A stretch of DNA of 64,000 nt, taken from assembly GCA_963703345.1 (NCBI GenBank), contig OY969814.1:1568001-1632000 (forward strand), given 5' to 3'. Below, piece after piece: positions 10,008-21,245 of the stretch; within the stretch, counting starts at the first letter, position 1; the number at the start of each line of letters is the position of its first letter. The position numbers were made by a program, and so were the translations under genes. This DNA comes from an uncultured Chloroflexia bacterium (GTDB taxonomy: Bacteria; Chloroflexota; Dehalococcoidia; DSTF01; JALHUB01). The notes below the pieces were generated by a model, which did no database searches, was not told the origin of the DNA, and saw only the letters and a list, made by a program, of their open reading frames with translations.

Positions 10008-10351
10008 GAATCCAGAACACGACTCGCGAGACCCAGGTCGCCGACCGCGCCGTCCCGGCAAACAACCCCTGGAGGCGACTCGTTGGCCTGCTCAACCGCT
10101 CCCACCTGGAGCCCGGCGAAGGGCTGGTGCTCATGCCCGGCAGTGCCATCCACATGTTCTTCATGCGCATGGCCATCGACGTCATCTTCGTGGACAGGGA
10201 CGGCCTGGTGCTGAAGACGGCCGCAAACGTCAAACCCTGGCGCGTCGTCCTGGCGCCACGCCGCTCGCGCTACACCATCGAGCTGCCCGTCGGCGCCATC
10301 GAACAGTCCGCCACCGTCCCCGGCGACGTCCTCGATCTGAGCGCCTCCTAG
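10004..10351 (+). CDS. DUF192 family protein
   Basis: RLVGLL...IHMFFMRMAIDVIFVD...IELPVG; GTG start overlaps the tadC stop. Confidence 0.85.
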   Translation: MRIQNTTRETQVADRAVPANNPWRRLVGLLNRSHLEPGEGLVLMPGSAIHMFFMRMAIDVIFVDRDGLVLKTAANVKPWRVVLAPRRSRYTIELPVGAIEQSATVPGDVLDLSAS

Positions 10352-10439
10352 CCTTCGACCCTTCGACGCGTTAACCTTTCGCCCGCCCCGAGCGTTATGA
10401 TCACGTAAGAACTTTCAGGTCCCCGCCGGGAGGCCCAAG

Positions 10440-11723
10440 GTGAAGCTTCTGAGACTCCTGCCGCTGCTCCTCCTGCCCGCGCTCTTCCTCGGCGCCACCT
10501 GCGTCACCCACGTCGACCAGAAAGGACCGGCGGGCCCCTGGGTCGGCGAAGTCACGAACACCGGCACCGATGCCGTCGACGGGACTACAGGAACCGGCTT
10601 CACCATCGATGCCAACGGCAAGGACGTGGGCCCCGCGCCCACACTGCTCTGCCCCTGGGACCTTCTGCCTGGCGACAAGGCCTATTTCTCCATCTCCGCG
10701 ATGGCAGCCGGTCGCCTCAATGATCCGTCACTCGCTGCTACGCTGCCTCTCAGGCTCTCCGAGATTCAGACTTATCCTCTGCGACAGCGACCCGTGACTG
10801 GGCTGACGTTTCGTGTTTTGCAGGCATATCCAGAGCACCAGGCCATAATGGTCGAGATGCGAAACGATTCCCCAAATACCTACAGCAACTTCGACACCTG
10901 CGCCGTCCTGCTCTCAGCGGCAGGAGAAGTGCAGGAGATTGTAACCAGAAGACCGTCTCCTGCGGGCACATTGAGCCCTGGGCAGTCAGTCACCTTCCCG
11001 TTCCAGTTCAGCTCTCCCCTCGATGGCACCTTCGTTTTCGGCACACATGACGGCTACAATTCGACTCTGAACACAGTTCTCCCTTCGACAGCCTTTGATC
11101 TTGAGACCTACAAGATCGTCGAGACTCCGAACGGTAGGGAATTGTTGGGGGTCGGCGAGATAACGAACACCACCACAACCGATCTGATGTCGGCGAGATA
11201 CGAGGTGTACTTGACTACTTCTCCCACGGTCCGTGCCAATGGAAATGTGGGACCGTATGGAGCAGACTTTCGCAGCGGACTGAACTTCTGGGATGGAAAC
11301 GGCTTGATCCTCGCTGGAAAGAAGGCTCCGTTCAGATTCTCGTTGCCGCTGGACCAGAACGATACTCCGAGTGTCGAAGTCGCTGCAATTGAGGCCGGAG
11401 TATCGGAGTGGCAAGAGCCTCCGAACTACGTCTCCATTCCAGTGACAAACGTCGAGACCGAGCAGGCAGGCACGGATTCATTGAAGATATCCGCGACCAT
11501 AAGCAACCCGACCGATGATTACATGCTTTTCGGCTCGCTCTGCTTCAACCTCAGAGGATCGCGTGACAAACTCGTGGGCACGTCCTGCTTGATGATTCCG
11601 CAAGGGGTCGAGGCACGCAGTTCACTTACGGTGTCGGAAGTAGTAGCTGAGCTCGCACCGATGCATTCTGTTGAAGTGATAGCATACGGGTTCAAGGGAA
11701 GGCCAGTCACTCCGCCGACCTAG
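10440..11723 (+). CDS. Secreted or lipoprotein of unknown function with repeated beta-sandwich (FxLYD-like) units
   Basis: Signal peptide with LGATC; repeated GE(V/I)TNT motifs; lower GC3 than its neighbours. Confidence 0.6.
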   Translation: MKLLRLLPLLLLPALFLGATCVTHVDQKGPAGPWVGEVTNTGTDAVDGTTGTGFTIDANGKDVGPAPTLLCPWDLLPGDKAYFSISAMAAGRLNDPSLAATLPLRLSEIQTYPLRQRPVTGLTFRVLQAYPEHQAIMVEMRNDSPNTYSNFDTCAVLLSAAGEVQEIVTRRPSPAGTLSPGQSVTFPFQFSSPLDGTFVFGTHDGYNSTLNTVLPSTAFDLETYKIVETPNGRELLGVGEITNTTTTDLMSARYEVYLTTSPTVRANGNVGPYGADFRSGLNFWDGNGLILAGKKAPFRFSLPLDQNDTPSVEVAAIEAGVSEWQEPPNYVSIPVTNVETEQAGTDSLKISATISNPTDDYMLFGSLCFNLRGSRDKLVGTSCLMIPQGVEARSSLTVSEVVAELAPMHSVEVIAYGFKGRPVTPPT

Positions 11724-11789
11724 GCAGCGACAGAAGGCATCGCACATTCACGCAAGGGGCTTCGCAAGAGGTCTTCGTTCGGCTCCCGT

Positions 11790-12956
11790 TTAGTCCTTCC
11801 GCCCCAGAATCGTCACGGAGCAGACTGAGCCCGGCCCGCCCAGGTTGTGCGCCAGCCCCAGCCTCGCGTCCTTCACCTGCGCCCCGTCCGCGCGGCCCTG
11901 CAACTGCTTCGTCACCTCGTACAGCATCCGACATCCCGTCGCGCCGATGGGATGCCCGAAGCACTTCAGCCCGCCGCTCGCGTTCACCGGCAGGTCGCCG
12001 TCCACCTCGCTGCGACCGTCCGCGACGAACGCCGCCCCCTGGCCCTGCTCGCAGAAGCCCAGATCCTGGTAGTTCAGGATCTCCGTGATGCTGAAGCAGT
12101 CGTGCACCTCCGCCAGGTCGATCTCCTTCGCCGGGTCCTTGACGCCCGCCTCCGCGTAGGCCGCCCTGGCCGCGTCCTGCGTCGCCGGGAAGCCCAGGAA
12201 GTCCGTCGAGTTCGAGAACATGGGCCGGCCCGTAGCCACCGCCAGCGCGTTCGCCTTCACCAGCACGTAGTCGTCCTTGTGCTTGCTCCGGTCGGCGATC
12301 TCCGGACGCGTGATCACCAGCGCCGCCGACCCGTCGGACATCGCGCAGCAGTCGAAGCGCCCCAGCGGCCAGGCGATCATCGGCGCCGACAGCGCGTCCT
12401 CCAGCGTTATCTCCCGCCGGAAGTGCGCCTTCGGGTGCTTGGCGCCGTTCTTGTGGTTCTTCACCGCCACGCGCGCCAGGTCCTCCCTCGTCCAGCCGTA
12501 CTGATGGAAACAGCGAGTCGCCGACAGCGCGAACAGCGCCGGCGCGCTGGCCACACCGAACACCGGATGGCTGAAGCCCTGCGTCGGCAGGCCGGAGCTG
12601 CCCGTGTCCATCAGCTTCTCGACGCCGCAGGCCATCGCGACGTCGTACGCCCCGGACGCGACGGCATAGCAGGCGTTGCGGAAAGCGTCCATCCCGGAAG
12701 CGCAGTAGTTCTCCACGCGCGTCACCGGGATGCCGAAAAGCTTCATCGGATCGGAGAAGGTGTTGCCGCTGAACCCAGTGAACGGGTAGAGAACGCCTAT
12801 CCAGGCCGCCTGCACGTCCTGCGGCGACACGCCCGCGTCGTCGAGCGCCTCGTACGCCGCTTCGACGACGAGGTCCTCCACGTCCTTGTCCCAGAGCTCA
12901 CCGAACTTGGTGCAGCCGACGCCTATGATGGCGACCTTGTCCGTGATGCTTCCCAT
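11790..12956 (-). CDS. Acetyl-CoA acetyltransferase (SCP2/archaeal-type thiolase)
   Basis: ENYCASG, EVHDCF, NASGGL..GHPIGATG; start MGSITDK after GGAGGAG. Confidence 0.9.
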   Translation of the reverse strand: MGSITDKVAIIGVGCTKFGELWDKDVEDLVVEAAYEALDDAGVSPQDVQAAWIGVLYPFTGFSGNTFSDPMKLFGIPVTRVENYCASGMDAFRNACYAVASGAYDVAMACGVEKLMDTGSSGLPTQGFSHPVFGVASAPALFALSATRCFHQYGWTREDLARVAVKNHKNGAKHPKAHFRREITLEDALSAPMIAWPLGRFDCCAMSDGSAALVITRPEIADRSKHKDDYVLVKANALAVATGRPMFSNSTDFLGFPATQDAARAAYAEAGVKDPAKEIDLAEVHDCFSITEILNYQDLGFCEQGQGAAFVADGRSEVDGDLPVNASGGLKCFGHPIGATGCRMLYEVTKQLQGRADGAQVKDARLGLAHNLGGPGSVCSVTILGRKD

Positions 12957-13014
12957 GGCCTCTCCTCCTTGCTCAACGTCACGCCGCGAAGAACCGACGC
13001 GAATCGGAGCCATT

Positions 13015-13040
13015 GTAGGGGAGGACTTTAGTCCTCCCGC
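13015..13040 (+). repeat. GTAG-foot REP-like palindrome
   Basis: GTAG-GGGAGGAC-TTTA-GTCCTCCC; copy with one mismatch at 61432-61457 on the minus strand. Confidence 0.75.
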
Positions 13041-13046
13041 TGCTTT

Positions 13047-14459
13047 CTACCCCGCTACCACAACCGGTCGCGCCTTCCAGTAATAGTTGTGGAAGTTCGC
13101 CGCCTCATGCAACCGGCGGAACAGCACCTCGACCGGCAGCCCCACCTTCGCTTCGTTCGGGTCGGCGTCCGTCATCTCCAGGAACACGCGCCCACCGCCC
13201 TCCAGGTCGACCACCATTCGCGCCACCGGCACGTTCAAGTACTGCCCGACCGACAGGTGGTCCAGCGTATAGGTGTAAACGTTCCCCCGCCGTGACAGTT
13301 TGACCGGCTCAACGTTGTCCTTCTGACCACACTCCTCGCACACTCGCGGGGGCGGATACTGCACGACGCCGCAGCCCCGGCAGCGCCCGCCGATGAAGTT
13401 CAACTCCTGGCGGGCGTCCCGCCAGTACGTCACCGGCGACCCTTCCGCCGCCGGCGTCTCGCGCTCCGTCAGGCCTCGGAAGTGGACGTACGACGTGTAG
13501 TTCGGCAGCGGCCGTTTCTCCGCGAGGTGGCCCGCCAGCCCCTTGCGACCCTCCGGCCGCGGCATCTCCGCCGTCACCTCCAGCAGCAGCGCGTCGGCGC
13601 CGTCGCCGTGGTTGAGGACCAGAATGCGCTCGCCGGCCTTTGCCCCCTCCAGCGCGCCCGCCAGCATCATCAGCGCCAGCGCCGCGCCCGGGCTGCCGAC
13701 CGAGAAGAACAGCGTGTCCTGAAGCTGCGTCGGCGCAATTCCCAGCGCTCGCGCCACGGCGACGTGCGCCCGCGGGTCCGACGAAGTGATCACGCCCCGG
13801 GCGAGGTCCGCGCCGCTCACGCCCTGCTTCTCCAGCAGCGCTTTGCCCGCCGCCACCGCCGACGTCGCGTAGCCGTGCTGCGTCTCGACCTTCGACTCGA
13901 ACGACCGCACGTAGCGGTCCTCGCTGCGACGCCACGGCCCGACCTGCTCGCCGGCCAGCGAATACGTCCCGAGGATCTGCACCGGACCGTCCTTGGCGAC
14001 CAGCACCGCGCCGGCGCCGTCCCCGAAGAGCTGCTCCGACATCGACTCCGGCTCGCCAATGCGACAATCGCCGGCAACGACGAGAACGCTTCGCGCTGAG
14101 CCGCTGTCGACCGCGTCCGCGGCCGCCCGCATAGCCGTCGTCGCGGCCCGCAGTGAGCCGGTGAAATCGGCAGTATTGATGTCCTGCCGCATGTCCAGCG
14201 CCGCCGCGATAATCCCAGCGCACTGCTTCTCCAGGTAGGGCGCCGTCGTCGTGGCGAAGAACAAGCCATCGATGCCGGCCGGGTCGATGCCCGTCAGGCA
14301 GTCAATGCCCGCTGCCACCGCCATCGTCAGGCTATCCTCGTCCGCATTCGCCACCGCGCGCTCGCCGGGAACCGCCGGAATGCCCCAGGCGTCGCCGATC
14401 TGCTGTCGCGACAGGCGATAGAGCGGCACATACGCTCCGCTCGCTGCAATCCGTGCCAT
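13047..14459 (-). CDS. HMG-CoA synthase-like domain fused to DUF35 (Zn-ribbon plus OB-fold)
   Basis: ERAVANADEDSLTMA, GDGAGAVL; C-terminal CRGC...CEEC and OB-fold ending YYWKARP. Confidence 0.85.
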   Translation of the reverse strand: MARIAASGAYVPLYRLSRQQIGDAWGIPAVPGERAVANADEDSLTMAVAAGIDCLTGIDPAGIDGLFFATTTAPYLEKQCAGIIAAALDMRQDINTADFTGSLRAATTAMRAAADAVDSGSARSVLVVAGDCRIGEPESMSEQLFGDGAGAVLVAKDGPVQILGTYSLAGEQVGPWRRSEDRYVRSFESKVETQHGYATSAVAAGKALLEKQGVSGADLARGVITSSDPRAHVAVARALGIAPTQLQDTLFFSVGSPGAALALMMLAGALEGAKAGERILVLNHGDGADALLLEVTAEMPRPEGRKGLAGHLAEKRPLPNYTSYVHFRGLTERETPAAEGSPVTYWRDARQELNFIGGRCRGCGVVQYPPPRVCEECGQKDNVEPVKLSRRGNVYTYTLDHLSVGQYLNVPVARMVVDLEGGGRVFLEMTDADPNEAKVGLPVEVLFRRLHEAANFHNYYWKARPVVVAG

Positions 14460-14488
14460 TTGCGGCTCCTTTCTTCGACGCCTCAGCG

Positions 14489-14696
14489 TCAGTACCTGAG
14501 CAGACAGCAGACGTGCAGCGTGGGGTCGAAGTAGGCGGCGAAGGCGTCGTCCCAGTAAGGATCGAAGAGGAAGCCTTCTTCCTTCTGTGCCGCCGCTTGT
14601 CCCGGTTCAGAGGCGATGGCGGGTATGTGCTCAGGCCGTTGACGCTTGCGCTTTGCCGGCTCCAACGCCCTCTTCCGACGCTCTCTCACGGCCATG
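14489..14696 (-). CDS. Small hypothetical protein
   Basis: ATG after GAGGG; basic N-terminus, aromatic/acidic C-terminus; co-oriented with the downstream operon. Confidence 0.35.
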
Positions 14697-14861
14697 ATCT
14701 TCCCTCTTGCGCTGTGGGAAACTAATGTAATCCTTGGCGCTTTCCAAGACAACATTGTGTCGAGTGCTCACAAATGGGCATCTTTCGGATCAGGGGGCAG
14801 GGGAAGACGACCTACCGCCGCGCAGGCGTGTGGTCCGGGCGCGAAAACGATCGCTAAAGGC

Positions 14862-15287
14862 TCAGGGCACGTCCTGCTGAAGCTTGCGCAGCCGTCGGCT
14901 GAGCACCGGCAACATTTGGACAGCGATATGCGGATTCGAACGCATCTCCGCCACGAAGTCCCAGCGCGACAGCACCAGACACTCCGTGTCCTCGCTGGCG
15001 ACGACGCTCGCTGAGCGCGGGTAGGAGTCGAGCAACGCCATCTCGCCGAAGAAGTCGCCTGCGGTCAGGCTGGCCAGCGCCGTCTGACTCTTGCCGTCGC
15101 CGCCGCGCACGACGCTCACGCGCCCCTTGGTGATGAGGTAGAAGGCGATGGCGTCCTCGCCTTCCTTGACGATGACGTCGCCCTTCTTGTAGGCCCGCGT
15201 TATTGTCGCCGAGGCGAGTCGCTTGAGGTCCCTGCGGCTGAGCTCGGAGAAAAGGGAGGCGCCTGCCAGTATGTCTTCCGGGTACAT
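14862..15287 (-). CDS. Stand-alone cyclic nucleotide-binding domain protein
   Basis: GDFFGEMALLD.YPRSASV phosphate-binding cassette. Confidence 0.9.
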   Translation of the reverse strand: MYPEDILAGASLFSELSRRDLKRLASATITRAYKKGDVIVKEGEDAIAFYLITKGRVSVVRGGDGKSQTALASLTAGDFFGEMALLDSYPRSASVVASEDTECLVLSRWDFVAEMRSNPHIAVQMLPVLSRRLRKLQQDVP

Positions 15288-15484
15288 CTCACGCTCCTTT
15301 TGTTCGTTGCTTTACCGCGTAACTATACAACAGCGCCGCCGCCGCATCCAGCGTCGGGCTTGCCGGCGCTCATTCCCTTATTCCCGCTCCTTCGCATAGA
15401 GTGGCGACAGTATACTGTAGGCGAGAGCAGAAGCGACGCCGTGGAAGGGCATTACTCGACATAACGTTTACAAGGGCACCGCAC

Positions 15485-16660
15485 ATGAAGCCGCGAGCCA
15501 TTGCCGATAGGGTGCTGGCGCTTGGCGCCGTCGACTGGGATAGGCGCCTCTTCGATTCCCTGATACCGCTCCCCGACGGCACCAGCTACAACGCGTACCT
15601 CGTCCAGGGCAGCGAGAAGACGGCCCTTCTCGACACCGTCGACCCCACGAAGAGGGAAGAGCTGCTCGCTCAGCTCGACGGCCTGCCACCAGTCGACCTC
15701 GTCGTCTCCCACCACGCCGAGCAGGACCACTCCGGCGTCATTCCGAACGTGCTGGCGCGCTATCCCGCCGCCAGGCTCGTCGCCTCGACGAAAGCGAAGG
15801 GCATTCTGCTCGACCTCCTGGAGTTGCCGGAGGAGCGAATAATCACCGTCGAGGACGGCGAAGAGCTGTCCCTGGGCGACAGGACACTCCGCTTTCACTA
15901 CATGCCCTGGGTCCACTGGCCGGAGACGATGGTCACCTATTTGCCGCAGGACCGCATCCTCTTCACCTGCGACCTCTTCGGCTCGCACCTCGCGACGTCC
16001 GACCTCTACGCCGACGAAGCCGCCGTCTACGAGCCCGCCAAGCGCTACTACGCCGAGATCATGATGCCGTTCCGGCGCGCCATCGCCAAGCACCTCGAGA
16101 AGGTGCGCGAGATCGACCCGGCGATCATCGCGCCCAGCCACGGCCCCATCTACAAGCGGCCCGCCTTCATCGTCGACGCCTACGACGACTGGGTGTCCGC
16201 ACCGCCGAAGAACAGGGTAGTGCTTCCTTACATAACGATGCACGGCAGCACCGGCCGCATGGTCGACCACCTCGTCGCGGCGCTGGTGGAACGGGGTGTC
16301 GGCGTGGAGCAGTTCAACCTCGTGGCGACCGATATCGGCAAGCTCGCCGTCTCCCTCGTCGATGCCGCGACAATCGTCGTCGCCACCCCCACAGTCCTCG
16401 GCGGCCCTCACCCGACGCTCCTCAGCGCCGTCCACCTGGCCGCGGCGCTCAACCCCAAGCTGCGCTTCGCCGCCGTCATCGGCTCCTACGGCTGGGGCGG
16501 CAAGGCCGTAGAGCGCATAGCGGAGGTCATCTCGCGCGCCGACATCGAGATACTCGACCCCGTTCTCTGCAAAGGGCTGCCTCGCGACGCCGATTTCGCC
16601 GCTCTGGATAGCCTCGCCGAAACGATAGCGACCCGGCACCATTCGTTGGGTTTGAGCTGA
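15485..16660 (+). CDS. fprA: Flavodiiron protein (FprA/A-type flavoprotein)
   Basis: [30 protein letters not shown]-terminal flavodoxin GSYGWGG. Confidence 0.92.
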   Translation: MKPRAIADRVLALGAVDWDRRLFDSLIPLPDGTSYNAYLVQGSEKTALLDTVDPTKREELLAQLDGLPPVDLVVSHHAEQDHSGVIPNVLARYPAARLVASTKAKGILLDLLELPEERIITVEDGEELSLGDRTLRFHYMPWVHWPETMVTYLPQDRILFTCDLFGSHLATSDLYADEAAVYEPAKRYYAEIMMPFRRAIAKHLEKVREIDPAIIAPSHGPIYKRPAFIVDAYDDWVSAPPKNRVVLPYITMHGSTGRMVDHLVAALVERGVGVEQFNLVATDIGKLAVSLVDAATIVVATPTVLGGPHPTLLSAVHLAAALNPKLRFAAVIGSYGWGGKAVERIAEVISRADIEILDPVLCKGLPRDADFAALDSLAETIATRHHSLGLS

Positions 16661-16698
16661 CGGCGTGGATGACACCGCGCCGCGAAAGGAGACAGGAC

Positions 16699-17928
16699 AT
16701 GGAAAGCCTACTGACTGACGACCAGCGCAAGCTGCGCGATGAGGTCCGCGACTTCGTCAAGAGCGTCCCGCGACAGCTCCTCCTCGACATGGACGCCGGC
16801 GTCGCGCCCTATCCAAAGCAGTTCCTTGAAGAGGCCGGCCGGCGCAACCTGCTCGGACTGCGCTTTCCCAAACAGTACGGCGGCCGTGGCCTCGGCTGGC
16901 GGGACGAGATCGTCGCCCTCGAAGAGATCGGCGTTCTCAGCACCAGCCTGCCCTGCCTCTACAGCCTCGTCAGCATCGTCGGTGAGGCGCTGACGCGTTT
17001 CGGCACGCCGCAGCAGAACGAGCGCTGGCTGCGACCCGCCCTCGCCGGAGACCTCGCCGTGGCGGAAGCCCTCACCGAGCCCCGCGGCGGCTCCGACTTC
17101 TTCGGCGCGGCCACCCGCGCCCGTCGCGACGGCGATTGCTGGCTCCTGAGCGGTCAGAAGCGCTTCATCGTCGGCGCGGAAGGGGCCGACTACTTTTTCG
17201 CCTACGCCCGCACCTCAGAGACTAATCCTCCGCACGAGTCCATCAGCTCCTTCATCGTCGAGCGAGGGCCCGGCATCGAAGTCCAGCACGTCTACGGCCT
17301 CCTGGGCATGCGCGGCGGCGGCACCGGCCGCGTCTACTTCCGCGACGCCCGCGTCCCCATCGAAAACCTCGTCGGGCCGGAGAACGGCGGCGCCATCGTC
17401 TTCAACCAGATGATGATCCCGGAGCGAATGACCAGCGCCGGTGGCGCTCTCGGCATGGCCCGCGCCGGCCTCGAGATAGCCGCCCGCTACGCCGACCAGC
17501 GCAAAGCCTTCGGACAGAAGATCCGCCGCTTCGAAGGCGTCAGCTTCAAGATCGCCGACAGCCTCACCCAGCTCGACGCCGCCCGCGCCCTCGCCTACGC
17601 CGCCGCTCACGCCATCGATAGCAACGACGAGCCGGGACGCGTCCGGCGCCTCGTCTCCGAGGCCAAGAAGTTCGCTACCGACACCTCATGGAAGGTCATC
17701 AACGACGCCATGCAGGTGATGGGAGGCATCGGCTACACCAACGTCTACCCGATCGAGCGCCTGCTCCGCGACGCCCGCCTGCTCATGATCTGGACCGGCA
17801 CCAACGAGATCATGAACCTGCTCATCCAGCACGAGTACTACAACGAGTTGGGCCGTCCCTCGACCGCCCGCGACGTCGAAGCCGACGCCGCCGGCTGGGA
17901 CCTCCCCGACGAGAAGGTCTACGAATAA
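16699..17928 (+). CDS. Acyl-CoA dehydrogenase
   Basis: [37 protein letters not shown]. Confidence 0.92.
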   Translation: MESLLTDDQRKLRDEVRDFVKSVPRQLLLDMDAGVAPYPKQFLEEAGRRNLLGLRFPKQYGGRGLGWRDEIVALEEIGVLSTSLPCLYSLVSIVGEALTRFGTPQQNERWLRPALAGDLAVAEALTEPRGGSDFFGAATRARRDGDCWLLSGQKRFIVGAEGADYFFAYARTSETNPPHESISSFIVERGPGIEVQHVYGLLGMRGGGTGRVYFRDARVPIENLVGPENGGAIVFNQMMIPERMTSAGGALGMARAGLEIAARYADQRKAFGQKIRRFEGVSFKIADSLTQLDAARALAYAAAHAIDSNDEPGRVRRLVSEAKKFATDTSWKVINDAMQVMGGIGYTNVYPIERLLRDARLLMIWTGTNEIMNLLIQHEYYNELGRPSTARDVEADAAGWDLPDEKVYE

Positions 17929-17943
17929 CGGGGGATGTTCGGA

Positions 17944-18798
17944 CTACCCCGGCTGCGGCGAGCACCCCGGCACAAATCGCGCCCGACGGTGCGCCGCCTC
18001 GTTTACCATATGGAACAGCAGCGCCAGGCTCGCCAGGGCAATACCGCCGCTACCCAGTTCGATGCCGACGGCCTCGATGGCCGTCGGTCCGGTCTGACTA
18101 TTGAAGATGTCCCAGAAGGCGTGGAACAGCACTGCCGCCGCGAACGCCGCGACCACCGGGAGATTGATGACGCGCCTACCCGCCTTCTCGCGCTCCCGCC
18201 ATAGCACGGCGCACACCAGCCCCGTCCAGGCGCCGTGACCCGCCGGCGAAAGCAGCCCCCGCACGATCAGCGTTACCTCCACGTTCCCTATCCCGTTCGA
18301 GCCCTGGGCCGCCGCAAAGCCATATCCGATCGTCTCCAGCGCCGCGAATCCCATTCCCGCCGCCACGCCGAAGATCAGCCCGTCCGCCTGCGAGCAGTAG
18401 CGTCCATGAAAGTAGATGCCCAGCGGAACGATCAGCTTGGCGCTCTCCTCGATTATGCCCACGCCGAACATCTGCGCCGCGCCCAGACTTCGCAGCGTCG
18501 CATACTCCAGCACCGCCGCAACCGAAACGCCGAGCGCGCCTCCCCAGAGAAAACACATCCCGACCACGCTGGTCGGAATGTCGCGGCCCGGCTCCCGCTC
18601 GAACACGAACGAAACGAACGCCATCGGCACGACGAAGGCGCCCACGAGTATAACGGTCGGGATGTAAGATGGATTGTTGGTTCCCCTGACCAGCACCGTT
18701 AGCACCAGGAACAGCGCGGTCCCGCCGACGAGAAGGCGAAAAGAATTGCGCCTGTAGATCGGAATGGAGCGATTTGGTGGCGTCATCGGGCTTTCCAT
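17944..18798 (-). CDS. PrsW family intramembrane glutamic protease
   Basis: IIEESAK, GFAALET, HAFWD motifs with multiple TMs. Confidence 0.88.
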   Translation of the reverse strand: MESPMTPPNRSIPIYRRNSFRLLVGGTALFLVLTVLVRGTNNPSYIPTVILVGAFVVPMAFVSFVFEREPGRDIPTSVVGMCFLWGGALGVSVAAVLEYATLRSLGAAQMFGVGIIEESAKLIVPLGIYFHGRYCSQADGLIFGVAAGMGFAALETIGYGFAAAQGSNGIGNVEVTLIVRGLLSPAGHGAWTGLVCAVLWREREKAGRRVINLPVVAAFAAAVLFHAFWDIFNSQTGPTAIEAVGIELGSGGIALASLALLFHMVNEAAHRRARFVPGCSPQPG

Positions 18799-18928
18799 CC
18801 GCCCCCTCCATCCGAGTGGCGAGCCGGAAGGCCCTGATAGTCCCCGAAAGGGAGCTTCGTCCGGTTCCCTCCGTACCTAAATTATACCATCTCGGCCCGC
18901 CCCGATTCGCATGCTATAATTCTGGTAG

Positions 18929-19558
18929 ATGGAGGCGTTCGACATCTCGGTGCCGCTGCGGCCGGGGATGATCACCTACCCCGGCGACGCTCCCCTGCGG
19001 GTCGAACGTTCCCAGGCGATAGCCCGCGGCGATGCCTACAACCTCACCTGGCTCCAACTCGGCGCTCATGCCGGCACCCACGTCGACGCGCCCCTCCACT
19101 TCATCGAAGGCGCCTCCGACGTCACCGCTCTTTCGCTGGGCGCCCTCATCGGCCCTGCCCACGTCATCGACGCCACAACCGTAACCGCCGATATCGACGC
19201 CGTCACCCTGGAGCGCCTCGACATACCGGTTCACGCGCGCCGGCTTCTGTTCAAGACGCCGAATTCCCGTCTCTGGGACCGGCCCGACTTCAGCGCCGAC
19301 TTCCTCGGCCTCACCGCCGACGCCGCCCGTCTTCTGGTCGCGCGCGGAACGGACCTCGTGGCCATGGACTATCTGTCGATAGCGCCCGCGTCTGACCCGG
19401 CTCCCACGCACCAGGTCCTCCTCGAAGCCGGCGTCGTCATCCTCGAGGGCGTCGATCTGCGGCACGTGCCGCCCGGGCCCTACGACCTCGTCTGCCTGCC
19501 GCTGCTCGTTCCCGGCAGCGACGGCGCTCCCGCCCGCGCCGTCCTCCTGCGGAACTAA
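18929..19558 (+). CDS. Cyclase family / kynurenine formamidase-like protein
   Basis: HAGTHVDAPLHF and DGAPARAVL. Confidence 0.9.
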   Translation: MEAFDISVPLRPGMITYPGDAPLRVERSQAIARGDAYNLTWLQLGAHAGTHVDAPLHFIEGASDVTALSLGALIGPAHVIDATTVTADIDAVTLERLDIPVHARRLLFKTPNSRLWDRPDFSADFLGLTADAARLLVARGTDLVAMDYLSIAPASDPAPTHQVLLEAGVVILEGVDLRHVPPGPYDLVCLPLLVPGSDGAPARAVLLRN

Positions 19559-19563
19559 GCGAC

Positions 19564-19639
19564 CCGATCCCGCGCGCTCGACATAACAAGCGGCCGCTGC
19601 GTTTCCTTCCGACCCACGGGAGAAGGCGCAACGGCCGTC
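19564..19639. repeat. 76-bp direct repeat, copy A (contains the hairpin found downstream of ssrA)
   Basis: 72/76 identical to 21375-21450; shorter copy at 25116-25150. Confidence 0.9.
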
Positions 19640-19874
19640 AATTGTGGCTGTCACGTCCATAGCATACCAATGGTGATATGCCGGCATTGACGTGCCCCGC
19701 GAACCCCCTTGACGCGGCGCTGCGGCGCGCGTAGGGTTCGACTCAGACCAGTCGCCGTAGAGTCAGCCGGCAGGGCGAGCCAGGTTGACGAACGGCAAAG
19801 GAGCAGCCACACGGCGGATTCAGAGGCGGCCTACCCGATCTTCCAGTATCGTTCTCAAGAAAGGGGCACACAAG

Positions 19875-21245
19875 ATGAAGAGGTTACTCAAGCATTGGCC
19901 GTTGTTCTCACTAGGGGTTTTCGCCGTCGTCGCGCTCTCTGTAGCGGCCTGCGGCGGAAGCAGCAACAACAACGGCACCGCCACCCCGAAGGCGGGAGCA
20001 ACGCCGGCAGCGGCCGAAACGAAAGTCGCCATCCCTGCCGGCGTCGAGACCAACGGAGTCACTGACACGGAGATCAAGCTCGGCACTATCCAGCCATTGA
20101 GCAATACGACTGCGGCTGCCTGGGGGATACCGATCCGCAATGGTATGCAGGCCTACTTCGATTGGGTCAACGACAACGGTGGCATCTACGGCCGAAAGCT
20201 GACCCTGGACGTCGGCGACAGCCAGTACACGGGGCCCGTTGCCAGCGAGGTGACGCGAAAGCTCGTCGAGCAAGACAAAGTGTTCGCCATGATAGGAGGG
20301 CTGGGGACAGACGCGGAAGGCGCCGTCTACCAGTACCTGCAGGAACAGGCTGTCCCCGATATGTTCCTCCTCACCGGCGAGACTATGTTTACGGATCCGA
20401 TCGCCTCAACACGCTATGGCTGGCTCGTCAACTACTTGGATGAGGGCCAAATCCTCGGCCAGTACATCGGCAAGACCTACCCTGGCAAGAAGCTCGGCAT
20501 TCTCGCTCAGAATGATGACTTTGGGAAGCAGGGCGAGCAGGGCGTCAAGAACGGCATCCAAGGCGCCAACATGACGGTAGCCGACACGCAGTACTACGAT
20601 CCCACCCAGACCGACGTTACCGCCCAAATGCAGCGCCTCAAGGCCGACAACGTTGACGTCATCGCCTTCTACGGGATGCCGGCGCAGGCGGCCGGCGGGA
20701 TCAGTACCGCGCGCACGACGTTGAGTTGGAATGTGCCGTTCATCATTACCGGTGTGGACGCAGCCCAGATCGTCGGCGCGCTCGCCGGCTACGCCAACAT
20801 CGCCGGGACAGTGACCGTTTCGTACGGCTATCAGTCCGACCAAACCGAGATCCCGGGCGTCGCTAAGTACCAGGAAATCTATACCAAGTACATCTCGGGC
20901 GCAAAGCCCGACAGCATCAGCGAATCCTCCTACGCCCTCGCCGAGGCCATGGTCCACGTACTGATAATGGCTGGGCCTGATCTCACGCGCTCCAGTTTCC
21001 TGGCCGCCGCGGAGTCCGTCTGCAAGTTCAACGGAAGCACCGGGTTCAATGAGGTGAGCACCTCCCCCTCGGACCACCGCTGGAACGAGTCGGAGTTGTT
21101 CGTGAAAGCTACCGGGTCTGACGCGAGTACGTTCAGATGGGCGCCCTTCGGGGATCCGATCCTCCGCGATACCACGAAGAGCTGCACGCCCAAGACGCCT
21201 CCTGCCGACGCGACCAAGCAGCCACAGACAGGAACAGGAGGGTAA
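19875..21245 (+). CDS. ABC transporter substrate-binding lipoprotein (branched-chain amino acid/LivJ-like), orphan
   Basis: Lipobox VAAC; GVTDTEIKLG, NDNGGIYGRKL, QNDDFG; no permease nearby. Confidence 0.88.
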   Translation: MKRLLKHWPLFSLGVFAVVALSVAACGGSSNNNGTATPKAGATPAAAETKVAIPAGVETNGVTDTEIKLGTIQPLSNTTAAAWGIPIRNGMQAYFDWVNDNGGIYGRKLTLDVGDSQYTGPVASEVTRKLVEQDKVFAMIGGLGTDAEGAVYQYLQEQAVPDMFLLTGETMFTDPIASTRYGWLVNYLDEGQILGQYIGKTYPGKKLGILAQNDDFGKQGEQGVKNGIQGANMTVADTQYYDPTQTDVTAQMQRLKADNVDVIAFYGMPAQAAGGISTARTTLSWNVPFIITGVDAAQIVGALAGYANIAGTVTVSYGYQSDQTEIPGVAKYQEIYTKYISGAKPDSISESSYALAEAMVHVLIMAGPDLTRSSFLAAAESVCKFNGSTGFNEVSTSPSDHRWNESELFVKATGSDASTFRWAPFGDPILRDTTKSCTPKTPPADATKQPQTGTGG

